Positions 41,082-49,927 of a stretch of 64,000 nt of DNA are shown piece after piece. Position 1 is the stretch's first letter, and every line of letters starts with the position of its first letter. Source of the DNA: Gemmatimonadales bacterium (lineage in GTDB: Bacteria > Gemmatimonadota > Gemmatimonadetes > Gemmatimonadales > GWC2-71-9). The notes under the pieces are model-generated. The model did no database searches, was not told where the DNA came from, and was given only the letters and a program-made list of their open reading frames with translations. The stretch spans positions 224,001 to 288,000 of the forward strand of contig JBBCJC010000003.1 of NCBI GenBank assembly GCA_037189525.1, given 5' to 3'. A program made the position numbers and the translations under genes.

Positions 41082-42445
41082 GAGGTGCGGTGGCGGCCCA
41101 GCAGGTGCCGGAGCGCCGACTCGAGCGTGGGATGCCTGAAGGTAAAGTCGCTGCCCAGCAGGCGATCCGGCGCCATTCGAGCGCTGGCCAGGATGCCGGC
41201 ATCGGCCAGTTCGCCGAAGACGAGCCGGAGAGCAACGCGTGGCACCGGAATGATGGCCGGCCGCCGCAATACCGCGCCCAGCGTCGCGGTGAATCGCCGG
41301 TTGGTGACCGGCTCGGGCGACCCGAAGTTGAACCCGCCGTGCAGTGGATTGAAGAGCAGGTGGCCGAGACCGGTGATGCAGTCGTCGATCGAGATCCAGC
41401 TCATCCATTGCGATCCGTTGCCAAGCGGCCCGCCGAGTCCCAGCCGGAAGGGGGGCAGCATGCGCTCGAGCAGCCCGCCGGCCGGAGACAGAATCAGACC
41501 GAATCGCGCCTGGGCCACCCGCACGCCGGCCCGCGCGGCGGGTGCCGTGGCCGCTTCCCATTCGGCGGCTACCTCCGGGAGGAAGCCGTGGCCGGGCGTC
41601 GCGTCGTCGGAGAGGATTTCATCGCCGCGATCGCCGTAGATCCCCATGGCGGAGGCCGAGATGAGGATGCCGGGTCCGTTGGGCGCCCGGGCAATCGCTT
41701 CGGCAATCGTGGTGGTCCCGGCGACCCGGCTCTCACGGATCCGCCGTTTCCGCTCGGCGGTCCAACGGCCGCTCACGATGGCCTCGCCGGCCAGATGAAT
41801 CACGGCATCGATGCCCGAGAGGTCGGCGGGGTTCATGCCGCGTTTGGGGTCCCAGGCGATTTCGCCGGCTTTCGGCGTTCGTCGCACCATCGGAACGACG
41901 CGGTGCCCCCCGGTCGTGAGCAGCGCACCGAGCGCGCTGCCGACCAGCCCGGATGCGCCGGTGATCGCGATCGTGAGCCGAGGGTGGGAGGCATAGCGGG
42001 CATGCCAGGCGAGATCGGCGGCGAGCACGTCGTGGCGGTAGCGGAGCAGGCGCCTGATCCGCCGCCGGATGGCCGGCTCGGCCAGGCTGCCCAGCGGTCC
42101 GGCGGGCGGCTCGAAGTCGATCGTGTCGGATACCGCGGTGCGGCTCGAGTCGAGGGCGTCGAAGCGGTGGGTGTGCCGCCAGCGGTCGAACGGACCCTTT
42201 TCCTGGACATCGACGAAGCCGGCGCCGGGAGTAACCGATTCGTAACGGGCAATCCACTCGACCGGTACGGGGCCGACCTTAAGCCGCAGGGTGGCCGTCC
42301 GCCCGGCTTCGAGCGGCCCCGGGTCGGAGACGACCTCGACGGGCTGCCAGGGCGGGGTGAGACGTTCCAGAGCGCCGGGCCGCTCGTGCCAGGCAAAGAC
42401 CTCATTTGCCGGCGAGAGGATCTCGGTCACTCGGTCGATCTGCAT
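41078..42445 (-). CDS. TIGR01777-family NAD-dependent epimerase with N-terminal SRPBCC domain
   Basis: [49 protein letters not shown]. Confidence 0.88.
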   Translation of the reverse strand: MQIDRVTEILSPANEVFAWHERPGALERLTPPWQPVEVVSDPGPLEAGRTATLRLKVGPVPVEWIARYESVTPGAGFVDVQEKGPFDRWRHTHRFDALDSSRTAVSDTIDFEPPAGPLGSLAEPAIRRRIRRLLRYRHDVLAADLAWHARYASHPRLTIAITGASGLVGSALGALLTTGGHRVVPMVRRTPKAGEIAWDPKRGMNPADLSGIDAVIHLAGEAIVSGRWTAERKRRIRESRVAGTTTIAEAIARAPNGPGILISASAMGIYGDRGDEILSDDATPGHGFLPEVAAEWEAATAPAARAGVRVAQARFGLILSPAGGLLERMLPPFRLGLGGPLGNGSQWMSWISIDDCITGLGHLLFNPLHGGFNFGSPEPVTNRRFTATLGAVLRRPAIIPVPRVALRLVFGELADAGILASARMAPDRLLGSDFTFRHPTLESALRHLLGRHRTS

Positions 42446-42519
42446 CCCGAAAGATAGCGCTGCCTCTCGCCAGGGCGGGTCGACACCCCTAAATTGTTCC
42501 GCCGTCGCACCGATCGTGC

Positions 42520-44478
42520 TTGCAGGAGGTTTCGATCAGCACTTCGTCGTGGTCCGTCAAGGACGCAGAGAAGCTCTACAATATGATGGGCTGGGGGCAG
42601 GGATTCTTCCGCATCAACGCGGAAGGTCATGTCACCGTCCATCCCGATCCGAGCAATGGCGTCTCGCTCGATCTCTATCGCCTCGCCCTCGATCTCAACG
42701 CCCAGGGCGTCCCGCTCCCGCTCCTGATCCGTTTTTCGGATATCCTGCAATCTCGGATCGAACTGCTGGCCAAAGAGTTCGGCCGGGCCATCGACGAATT
42801 CGGATACGAGGCGAAGTACACCACCGTCTATCCGATCAAGGTCAATCAGCAGCGTCACGTGATCGAGGAAATCCTCGAGGCGGGCGCGCCGTTCGGCCTG
42901 GGGCTCGAGTGCGGCAGCAAGCCGGAACTGCAGGCCGTGCTGGGCACGACCGACCGGACCGATCATCTGATCGTATGTAACGGTTACAAGGACGAAGAGT
43001 TCCTTCGCTTTGCCCTGATGGCCCAGAAGCTCGGGCACACGATCTTCATCGTGCTGGAGCAATCGTCCGAACTCGACCTGGTCCTCCAGGTGGCGGACGA
43101 ACTCGGGGTCGATCCGATCATCGGGCTGCGCATCAAGCTGGCGACGGAAGGGGCGGGGCGCTGGGCCAAGAGCGGCGGTGAGAAGTCGAAGTTCGGCTTG
43201 AGCGCTCCGCAGCTGTTGCGGCTGCTCGAGAAGCTCGATCGGATGGGGCGCAAGAACATCCTCAAGCTGCTGCATTTCCACCTGGGTAGCCAGATCACCG
43301 ACATCCGGTACATCAAGGCGGCGCTCGAGGAAATCGGGCGGTTCTACGTCGAAATCCGCGAACTCGGATTCGATCTGACCCATGTCGACGTCGGCGGCGG
43401 TCTCGGTGTCGACTACGAGGGGTCCAAGACCACTCGGCCCGCCAGCATGAACTACACGACCCGGGAGTACGCCAACGATATCGTGTACGGCCTGGGGACG
43501 ATTTGCCGGGAGCAGGGCATTCCGATGCCGAATCTGATCTCGGAGTCGGGCCGGGCGCTGACGGCGCACCACTCGCTGCTGCTGGTCAACGTCACCGACG
43601 TGGAGGCGCAGACCCAACCCAAGGTCCCGCCACTCCATCCCGATGATCACCGAGTGTTGGTCGAGCTGCACGAGAACCTCGAGGCGCTCTCGCTCGACCG
43701 GGTCGAGGAGGCGTTCCACGACGCGATCGCGGCCAAGGAACGGGTCCAGGAACTGTTCGCCAGCGACGCCATCACGTTGCGCGAACTCGCCAACATCGAA
43801 GAGTTGTACCTCTGCACCATGAACGCGATCGCCAAGCTGATCGCGCGCGAGGATCGTTCCGCGTATACGGAAATCCTCAATCATATCGAGTCGGCGCTGG
43901 TCGACCGCTACTTCTGCAATTTCTCGCTGTTCCAGTCGCTGCCGGATCACTGGGCCATCGATCAGCTCTTCCCGATCATGCCGATCCACCGGCTCGACGA
44001 ACAGCCGATTCGGCGCGGTACCATTCAGGACATCACCTGCGACTCCGACGGCGTGATCGACCGCTTTGCCGGCGGCCGTAAAGGGAAGCCGAGTCTCGAA
44101 CTGCATCCCCATCGTCCGGGGGAGCCGTACATCCTTGGCATTTTCCTGGCCGGCGCGTACCAGGAAATCCTGGGCGATCTCCACAACCTGTTCGGCGACA
44201 CCAACGCAGTGCATATCCGGGCCACCCCGGCCGGGTACGAGATCACCGATCTGGTCCACGGCGATACCGTGACCGAAGTGCTCAACTACGTCCAGTTCAA
44301 AGCGTCGGATCTGCTGGCCAACTTCCGTCGCAAGGTGGCGCGGGCCGATGGTCTGAGCCGGAATGAGGCCAACGCCTTCATTGCGGATTACGTGGCGGGG
44401 CTCGAGGGATATACCTATCTCGAGGGTGACATTCCGGTCGGTGAACCGGTCGATCGTGACGACGCAGCCAACGGCTGA
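42520..44478 (+). CDS. speA: biosynthetic arginine decarboxylase
   Basis: YPIKVNQ (PLP Lys), GSKPEL, CNGYKD, KSKFGL, HFHLGSQ, DVGGGL, SESGRA, TCDSDG, LGDLHNLFG; real start possibly ATC 42535. Confidence 0.96.
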   Translation: MQEVSISTSSWSVKDAEKLYNMMGWGQGFFRINAEGHVTVHPDPSNGVSLDLYRLALDLNAQGVPLPLLIRFSDILQSRIELLAKEFGRAIDEFGYEAKYTTVYPIKVNQQRHVIEEILEAGAPFGLGLECGSKPELQAVLGTTDRTDHLIVCNGYKDEEFLRFALMAQKLGHTIFIVLEQSSELDLVLQVADELGVDPIIGLRIKLATEGAGRWAKSGGEKSKFGLSAPQLLRLLEKLDRMGRKNILKLLHFHLGSQITDIRYIKAALEEIGRFYVEIRELGFDLTHVDVGGGLGVDYEGSKTTRPASMNYTTREYANDIVYGLGTICREQGIPMPNLISESGRALTAHHSLLLVNVTDVEAQTQPKVPPLHPDDHRVLVELHENLEALSLDRVEEAFHDAIAAKERVQELFASDAITLRELANIEELYLCTMNAIAKLIAREDRSAYTEILNHIESALVDRYFCNFSLFQSLPDHWAIDQLFPIMPIHRLDEQPIRRGTIQDITCDSDGVIDRFAGGRKGKPSLELHPHRPGEPYILGIFLAGAYQEILGDLHNLFGDTNAVHIRATPAGYEITDLVHGDTVTEVLNYVQFKASDLLANFRRKVARADGLSRNEANAFIADYVAGLEGYTYLEGDIPVGEPVDRDDAANG

Positions 44479-44499
44479 CGTTTCGTAGGGATGAATGCA

Positions 44500-44531
44500 A
44501 CGAGGGCGGGCCCGATCAGGCCCGCCCTCGT
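44500..44531. terminator. terminator hairpin between convergent speA and gltA
   Basis: ACGAGGGCGGGCC-cgatca-GGCCCGCCCTCGT. Confidence 0.78.
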
Positions 44532-44556
44532 CTGTTATCGGTACTGACCGATTGCG

Positions 44557-45843
44557 CTACTTGCGGGCCGCGAGCGGAACGAAGTCCCGGGCGTCGTACC
44601 CGGTGTAGATCTGGCGCGGCCGGGCGATCTTCTGATCCTTGTCGACCAGCATCTCCTCCCACTGCGCCAGCCAGCCGGGCAGGCGGCCGACCGCAAAGAG
44701 GACCGTGAAGTAGTCGACCGGATACCCCATGGCCTGGTAGATCAGACCCGAGTAGAAGTCGACGTTCGGATACAGCTTCCGCTTGATGAAGTACTCGTCC
44801 TCGAGCGCGATGCGCTCCAGCTCGAGGGCGATCTCGAGCTTGGGGTTCATCCCGGTCTCGGCAAAGACCTCGTAGGCGGTCTTCTTGATCAGCGTGGCCC
44901 GCGGATCGTACGACTTGTAGACCCGGTGTCCGAAGCCCATCAGACGGCCTTCGCCCGCTTTCACTTTGGCGATGAACGCCGGAATGTTCTTCTTGTCGCC
45001 GATCTCGTCGAGCATCTCGAGGACCGCTTCGTTGGCGCCGCCGTGGAGCGGACCATACAACGCGGCCACCCCGGCCGAGACGGCCGAGAAGGGATCGACC
45101 TGGGAAGACCCGACGGCGCGAACCGCGCTGGTCGAACAGTTCTGCTCGTGATCGGCGTGCAGGATGAGCAGGATCTCGAGGGCGCGCTGCAGCACCTTGT
45201 TCGGCTGATGCTGCCCGCCGATCGAGAACATCATGTTGACGTAGTTCCCGACGTAGTCGAGATCGTTGCGCGGGAACACGTACGGCAGGCCGCGCAGGTG
45301 GCGGAAGATGAACGCCGCGATGGTCGGGAACTTGGCCAGCAGCCGGACCCGCTGAATGTAGCGGTTGTCCGGGTCGTTGATGTGCTTCGCTTCGGGGTAG
45401 AACGTGGAGAGCGCGGCAACCGCGCTGACCAGCATGCCCATCGGGTGGGCGTCGTACCGGAAGCCTTCGAGGAACTTGGTGACGTTGGTGTGGACGTAGG
45501 TATGGTACCGGATTTCGTTGGTCCACGTGTCGAGCTGGACCTGCGTCGGCAACTCGCCTTCGGCCAGCAGGTACGCAACTTCGAGGAAGCTGGCGTGCTC
45601 AGCAAGCTGTTCGATCGGGTATCCCCGGTAGCGGAGAATCCCCTTGTCGCCGTCGATGAACGTCACCGCGCTGCGGCAGGCCGCGGTGTTCATGAAGGCG
45701 GGGTCATAGGTCATCAGGCCGAAGTCGTCGTCGCCTGTTTTGATGTTACGGAGATCAACGGCTCGGATGGTGCCATCGGTGATGGGGACCTCGTAGGTCT
45801 GCCCGGTCCGATTGTCGGTGATGGAGAGGGTATCCTTGGCCAC
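44557..45843 (-). CDS. gltA: citrate synthase
   Basis: YDPAFMNTA, HADHEQNCST, GPLHGGANE, LMGFGHRVYK, YPNVDFYSG; GTG start after GAAGG. Confidence 0.97.
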   Translation of the reverse strand: MAKDTLSITDNRTGQTYEVPITDGTIRAVDLRNIKTGDDDFGLMTYDPAFMNTAACRSAVTFIDGDKGILRYRGYPIEQLAEHASFLEVAYLLAEGELPTQVQLDTWTNEIRYHTYVHTNVTKFLEGFRYDAHPMGMLVSAVAALSTFYPEAKHINDPDNRYIQRVRLLAKFPTIAAFIFRHLRGLPYVFPRNDLDYVGNYVNMMFSIGGQHQPNKVLQRALEILLILHADHEQNCSTSAVRAVGSSQVDPFSAVSAGVAALYGPLHGGANEAVLEMLDEIGDKKNIPAFIAKVKAGEGRLMGFGHRVYKSYDPRATLIKKTAYEVFAETGMNPKLEIALELERIALEDEYFIKRKLYPNVDFYSGLIYQAMGYPVDYFTVLFAVGRLPGWLAQWEEMLVDKDQKIARPRQIYTGYDARDFVPLAARK

Positions 45844-46013
45844 CGCAAACCTTCTTTCAGCTGATTGGAACGGCATCTGCGCGAGCCAGCGCGCACGTCG
45901 AATTGTCGGCTTGCGAAACATAGTTGAAGAAGCAAGGTTCGTCCTCCCGGCGCGCGAAAATTCAGGCTGTTTTTCGCCCTGAGCGAAGATGCGCCGCGCC
46001 ATTATCTTCCGCC

Positions 46014-46745
46014 GTGCCCTCGATGATCCCACCCCTCGATACGGCTGCCCGCGCCGATGGCCTGCTGGCTGGCCTTTTTCCGCTGTCGCTCCCGCGCCCG
46101 GGCGAGGCCGCGCTGATGAACATTCTCGATGACGAACTCCGGCAGACGGCCCCCGATTTCGGACGGCTGGCGGCGCGTTGGGGGAAGGCGTCGGATGGGT
46201 GCGAGTGCCCCGTGGTGGCGCGGGCGGTCCGCTGGCTCGAACAGCACGGCATGCCCGCGCCCGACGAGGCATTCGGGCCCGGACTCGGCGCGGCGGTCGT
46301 AACCGTCGGCATGGCTGCCAGGCTGGCGCACCAGCCCCGGAACCTCTATTCAGGCGTGTACCATGCGGCGCGCCTGCTCGACCCGAGCGCGCTGGGATGG
46401 TTCGCGGCACTGGTGGCCGCCGCCACCGCGCGATGCTTCCTGCAGACGAGGCGGGATTTCGTGGCCGATGTGCTCGATGTGCTCTTGTCCAACGACGCGC
46501 CCGGCGACCTGGTGGCCCGGTTGCGGCAGGTTCCCGTCTGGTCACGCCCCTCCGACGCCGGGGAGCCGGTGCACGAGGTGGTCAGGGAACTGGACCAGAT
46601 CCTGCGCACCTTGTATCACCAGGGGGCGCCGGAACGCGCCCGGCAGGAGATCGAACGGCTGTCGCCGTCGGCGCGCCGGTTGGGCCGGGGCCTGCTGGCG
46701 GCGCGCGACGGCTGGCCGGCCGTAGAAGGCCACCCGTCGCGTTAG
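46014..46745 (+). CDS. hypothetical protein, possibly degenerate ADP-ribosylglycohydrolase (DraG/ARH) fold
   Basis: Helix-order resemblance: RADGLLAG...DFGRLAARW...GLGAAVVTVG...AARLLDP...AALVAA; start GTG 46014 or ATG 46023. Confidence 0.5.
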   Translation: MPSMIPPLDTAARADGLLAGLFPLSLPRPGEAALMNILDDELRQTAPDFGRLAARWGKASDGCECPVVARAVRWLEQHGMPAPDEAFGPGLGAAVVTVGMAARLAHQPRNLYSGVYHAARLLDPSALGWFAALVAAATARCFLQTRRDFVADVLDVLLSNDAPGDLVARLRQVPVWSRPSDAGEPVHEVVRELDQILRTLYHQGAPERARQEIERLSPSARRLGRGLLAARDGWPAVEGHPSR

Positions 46746-47131
46746 GCGGCGGGGAGAGTGACGGTGCAGGTGGTTTCGAAGCCACCCCGAATGTTGTACA
46801 GCGTGCGCACCGAAAGCCGCTTGGGCGCCAGCACCCGAAAGAGGTCCTCGGCAATCCGAGCCGTGGCGTGTTCCTGGAAGATGCCGACGTTCCGGTAGCT
46901 GGTGATGTAGTACTTGAGGCTCTTGAGCTCGATGCAGCTGGCGCCGGGAGTGTAGCTGATCGTCAGCGTGGCATAGTCCGGGAGCCCGCTGTAGGGACAG
47001 ACCGCGCTGAACTCGTCGGTTTCCGTGACGATCTCCTGGTCGGGCCCCTCGTAGGCAAAGGTCTCGAGGACGGCGACGTCGATGTGCTCCGGCCCGACGA
47101 ACGGGATGGTCCTGCCTTCAGCTGTTGCCAT
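46742..47131 (-). CDS. queF: NADPH-dependent preQ0 reductase (single-domain QueF)
   Basis: EFSAVCPYSGLPD, QueF motif ELKSLKYY, FQEH, RGG; AAGGAG SD. Confidence 0.93.
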   Translation of the reverse strand: MATAEGRTIPFVGPEHIDVAVLETFAYEGPDQEIVTETDEFSAVCPYSGLPDYATLTISYTPGASCIELKSLKYYITSYRNVGIFQEHATARIAEDLFRVLAPKRLSVRTLYNIRGGFETTCTVTLPAA

Positions 47132-47176
47132 GATCTGCTCCTTCAGTCGCCGCACAATCTAGTCGGGGCACGAACC

Positions 47177-47212
47177 CACCGCTCGGCGCGCCTGAGCGGC
47201 GCGCGAGCGGTG
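47177..47212 (-). terminator. hairpin after the acyl-CoA dehydrogenase (weak U tract)
   Basis: CACCGCTCGgCGCGCC-tgagc-GGCGCGCGAGCGGTG. Confidence 0.5.
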
Positions 47213-47219
47213 TCCGGGC

Positions 47220-49094
47220 TCAGGGCCGCTTCCGACCTTCCCACCCCGCAATGCCTTCTTCCAGCCAGACGTACTGCTGCTTCATGACGTCCTGGGCCAG
47301 GCGATAGGCGCGGTCGTCGTCGTTGCCGAAGATCTCCTCGAACCGGACCGTGATCCGCCAGCTGGTCTGTCGGCAGAACAGGTCGGCGAGTTCGACCGGC
47401 CCCCGGTTGCTCGGATCCTTTTTGACCAGGAGCTGGGCCTTGGCCACCGTGGCGCTCATGGCAAAGAGATCGGCGCCGATCTCGACCATGCGGAAGAGCA
47501 CCGACTGCTTCTTCTCGAGGCGCGGCCCGAAGCGGATCATGGCGTGGAACAGGTTGCGCGCCAGGCGGCGTGAGGCCCGGTTGACGAACCGCAGGTGCTT
47601 GGCCAGCGGCCCGAACTCGGCGTACCGCGGCGGCAGCGCCCAGCCCAGGTACTGTTTGGGATACCACCAGGCGTAGAAGAGCCCGGCCTTGATCAGCGCC
47701 CCGAACTTGTCGCCCAGCGAAGAGCGCGGGTCGATCAGCTTACCCGCGACCTTGAGGTGCGTATCGACGGCCTCTCGCGCAATGAAGAGTCGCATGATCT
47801 CCGAACTGCCCTCGAAGATCAGGTTGATGCGCCAGTCGCGCAGCGCCCGCTCGACCGGGTCCGGCCGCTCGCCGCGCGACTTGAGCGAGGCGACGGTCTC
47901 GTACCCGCGCCCGCCCTTGATCTGCAGGGTATCGTCGACGATCCGCCAGCCGATCTCGGAGTTCCACATCTTGGCAATCGCCGCTTCCAGCCGGATGTCC
48001 GTCTTGGGCCGATCAGCCAGCAGCGAGCAGAGATCGCTGACCGCCTCGAGCGCAAAGGTCTCGGCGGCCATCCGACCGATCTTCTGCGCAATGGCGTCGT
48101 GCTTGCCGATCGGCTGGCCCCACTGGACCCGGTCGGCTGCCCAGCGGCGCGCGATCTCGAGCATCCGCTTGGCTCCGGTCACACACGACGCCGGAAGTGT
48201 CAGGCGCCCGGTGTTGAGCGTGATCAGCGCGAGCTTGAGTCCTTTGCCCTCGCCCCAGAGCACGTTCTCGACGGGAACCTTGACGTCGTGGAAACGGAGG
48301 ATCCCGTTTTCCAGCGCGCGCAGGCCCATGAAGTGGAGCCGGCGGACCACTTCGACACCGGGCCAGTCCGCCTCGACGATGAACGCCGTGATCGCTTTGG
48401 GCCCGGTCCGCGCCATCACCACCATCACCTCGGCGACGGTGCCGTTGGTGCACCAGAGCTTCTCGCCGTTCAGGATCCAATGCGTTCCATCTTCGCTCAA
48501 GCGCGCCGAGGTGGTGAGACCGGCCGGGTCGGAGCCGGCATCGTTCTCGGTCAGCGCAAACGCCGAGATCTGACCGCTCGCCAGCCGCGGAAAGTATTTC
48601 TGCTGTTGCTCGGGTGTGCCGAACAGCTTGAGCGGCACCGGAACGCCGATCGACTGGCTGGCCGAGAGCAGCGCGGTCAGGTTGCCGCAGATGCTCGAGG
48701 TCATGGCGATGGCCCGGGTGTACATCAGCTGGCTCAGGCCCTTGCCGCCGAAGGCTTCCGGGATCTTGATGCCGAAGGCGCCCAGCTTGCGGAGCCCGTC
48801 GACCACCTCGGGCGGGACCTGGCCGTCTTCGTCGATCTTGTCGCCGTCGACCTGGGTGAGCAGAAACTGCTCCAAGGCTTCGAGGAACGGTTCCGCCCGC
48901 GCGACGTCTTCTGGCTTGGGCTCCGGATACGGATGGATCAGATCGAGCCGGAGGTTGCCCTCGAAGAGCTCCTTGACGAAGCTGTCGTTCCACTCCGTTT
49001 CGCGCGCCGCTTCGGCGGTATCGCGCGCTGCCTGCTCGGCGTCACGGCCGGTGGCGGGACGCGGGGTGGGGCGGGGCTCTGCGGTCGCGGTCAT
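47220..49094 (-). CDS. acyl-CoA dehydrogenase (long, VLCAD/ACAD9-like)
   Basis: FALTENDAGSD, NGEKLWCTNG, LNTGRL, RVQWGQPI, QIKGGRGY, IFEGSSEI. Confidence 0.92.
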   Translation of the reverse strand: MTATAEPRPTPRPATGRDAEQAARDTAEAARETEWNDSFVKELFEGNLRLDLIHPYPEPKPEDVARAEPFLEALEQFLLTQVDGDKIDEDGQVPPEVVDGLRKLGAFGIKIPEAFGGKGLSQLMYTRAIAMTSSICGNLTALLSASQSIGVPVPLKLFGTPEQQQKYFPRLASGQISAFALTENDAGSDPAGLTTSARLSEDGTHWILNGEKLWCTNGTVAEVMVVMARTGPKAITAFIVEADWPGVEVVRRLHFMGLRALENGILRFHDVKVPVENVLWGEGKGLKLALITLNTGRLTLPASCVTGAKRMLEIARRWAADRVQWGQPIGKHDAIAQKIGRMAAETFALEAVSDLCSLLADRPKTDIRLEAAIAKMWNSEIGWRIVDDTLQIKGGRGYETVASLKSRGERPDPVERALRDWRINLIFEGSSEIMRLFIAREAVDTHLKVAGKLIDPRSSLGDKFGALIKAGLFYAWWYPKQYLGWALPPRYAEFGPLAKHLRFVNRASRRLARNLFHAMIRFGPRLEKKQSVLFRMVEIGADLFAMSATVAKAQLLVKKDPSNRGPVELADLFCRQTSWRITVRFEEIFGNDDDRAYRLAQDVMKQQYVWLEEGIAGWEGRKRP

Positions 49095-49113
49095 GGCATT
49101 CTCTCCCGTCTGC

Positions 49114-49776
49114 CTAACGAGATGGGATGCTGGCGCGACGTGCGGCCAGCCATCCGGTGATGAGCTCGGTAACGTGTCGCTTGCGCTCGTCGGGGAAGCC
49201 CGGAGCTTCCGTATCGATGCCGATGGCGCGGGCCAGCGTGGATCCCTGGTGCGGGAACCAGGTCAGGGCAATCAGGCTGAACAGCAGGTGCGCCACTTCG
49301 CCCGGCTCGACCTCCTCGAGGCCCAGCTCCTGGGTCAACGCGGAAATCATTTCCCGGCCGGCGGCCAGTCCCAGGGGGAAGGCGTCCAGAGTGGTCCGCC
49401 CGCTCAGCGCCTCCCGCTGGATCAGCCGAACGAAATGCGGGCGGGCCGCCACGAAATCGACGTAGTCGGACACCGCCCCCGTCAGGACCACTTCGGGCGG
49501 GTGACCACTGGCCAGCGCCCGGTCTCGGCCCTCGCGTACCGCCCGGCGGACGTCTTCGAAGCACCGTTCCAGGACAGCCCGATGCAGTTCAGCCTTGGAT
49601 CCGAAGAAATATCCCGGGGTGGCGCGCGACAGGCCCGCCGCCCGCCCGACATCGCTCAGGCTGGTCTCTTCGTAGCCCTGATCGGCAAACAGCCGCTCCG
49701 CCGCGTCGAGAATCAACTCGCGCGAACGAACGGCGTTGCGTTCTCGGTCCCGGGCGGATAGCGTCAAATCGGCCAT
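49114..49776 (-). CDS. TetR/AcrR family regulator
   Basis: ILDAAERLFADQGYEETSLSDVGRAAGLSRATPGYFFGSKAEL. Confidence 0.92.
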   Translation of the reverse strand: MADLTLSARDRERNAVRSRELILDAAERLFADQGYEETSLSDVGRAAGLSRATPGYFFGSKAELHRAVLERCFEDVRRAVREGRDRALASGHPPEVVLTGAVSDYVDFVAARPHFVRLIQREALSGRTTLDAFPLGLAAGREMISALTQELGLEEVEPGEVAHLLFSLIALTWFPHQGSTLARAIGIDTEAPGFPDERKRHVTELITGWLAARRASIPSR

Positions 49777-49779
49777 AAC

Positions 49780-49803
49780 AACTTGCTAGCTGACAAGCAA
49801 GTT
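49780..49803. promoter_or_regulatory. inverted repeat, probable TetR auto-operator
   Basis: AACTTGCT-N8-AGCAAGTT perfect IR, 3 nt upstream of the tetR ATG. Confidence 0.7.
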
Positions 49804-49927
49804 TATATCTGTTTACCTGGCAACGCAATAGCCGACCGGCGCAGGCTATATTCCGGATCATCGCGCCCGGCGGGCGGGCGACTTCGCAGTGGCTGGTTCC
49901 AACCGACAGATGCGGTCAGGAGAGAGC

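Noticed and set aside
39755..47131. que genes as part of a dpd DNA-modification defence island
   Set aside because: No dpdA/tgt-like, helicase or mobile genes; queF points to tRNA queuosine synthesis
47132..47219. preQ1 riboswitch upstream of queF
   Set aside because: No preQ1 aptamer stem or A-rich tail; only a GC hairpin
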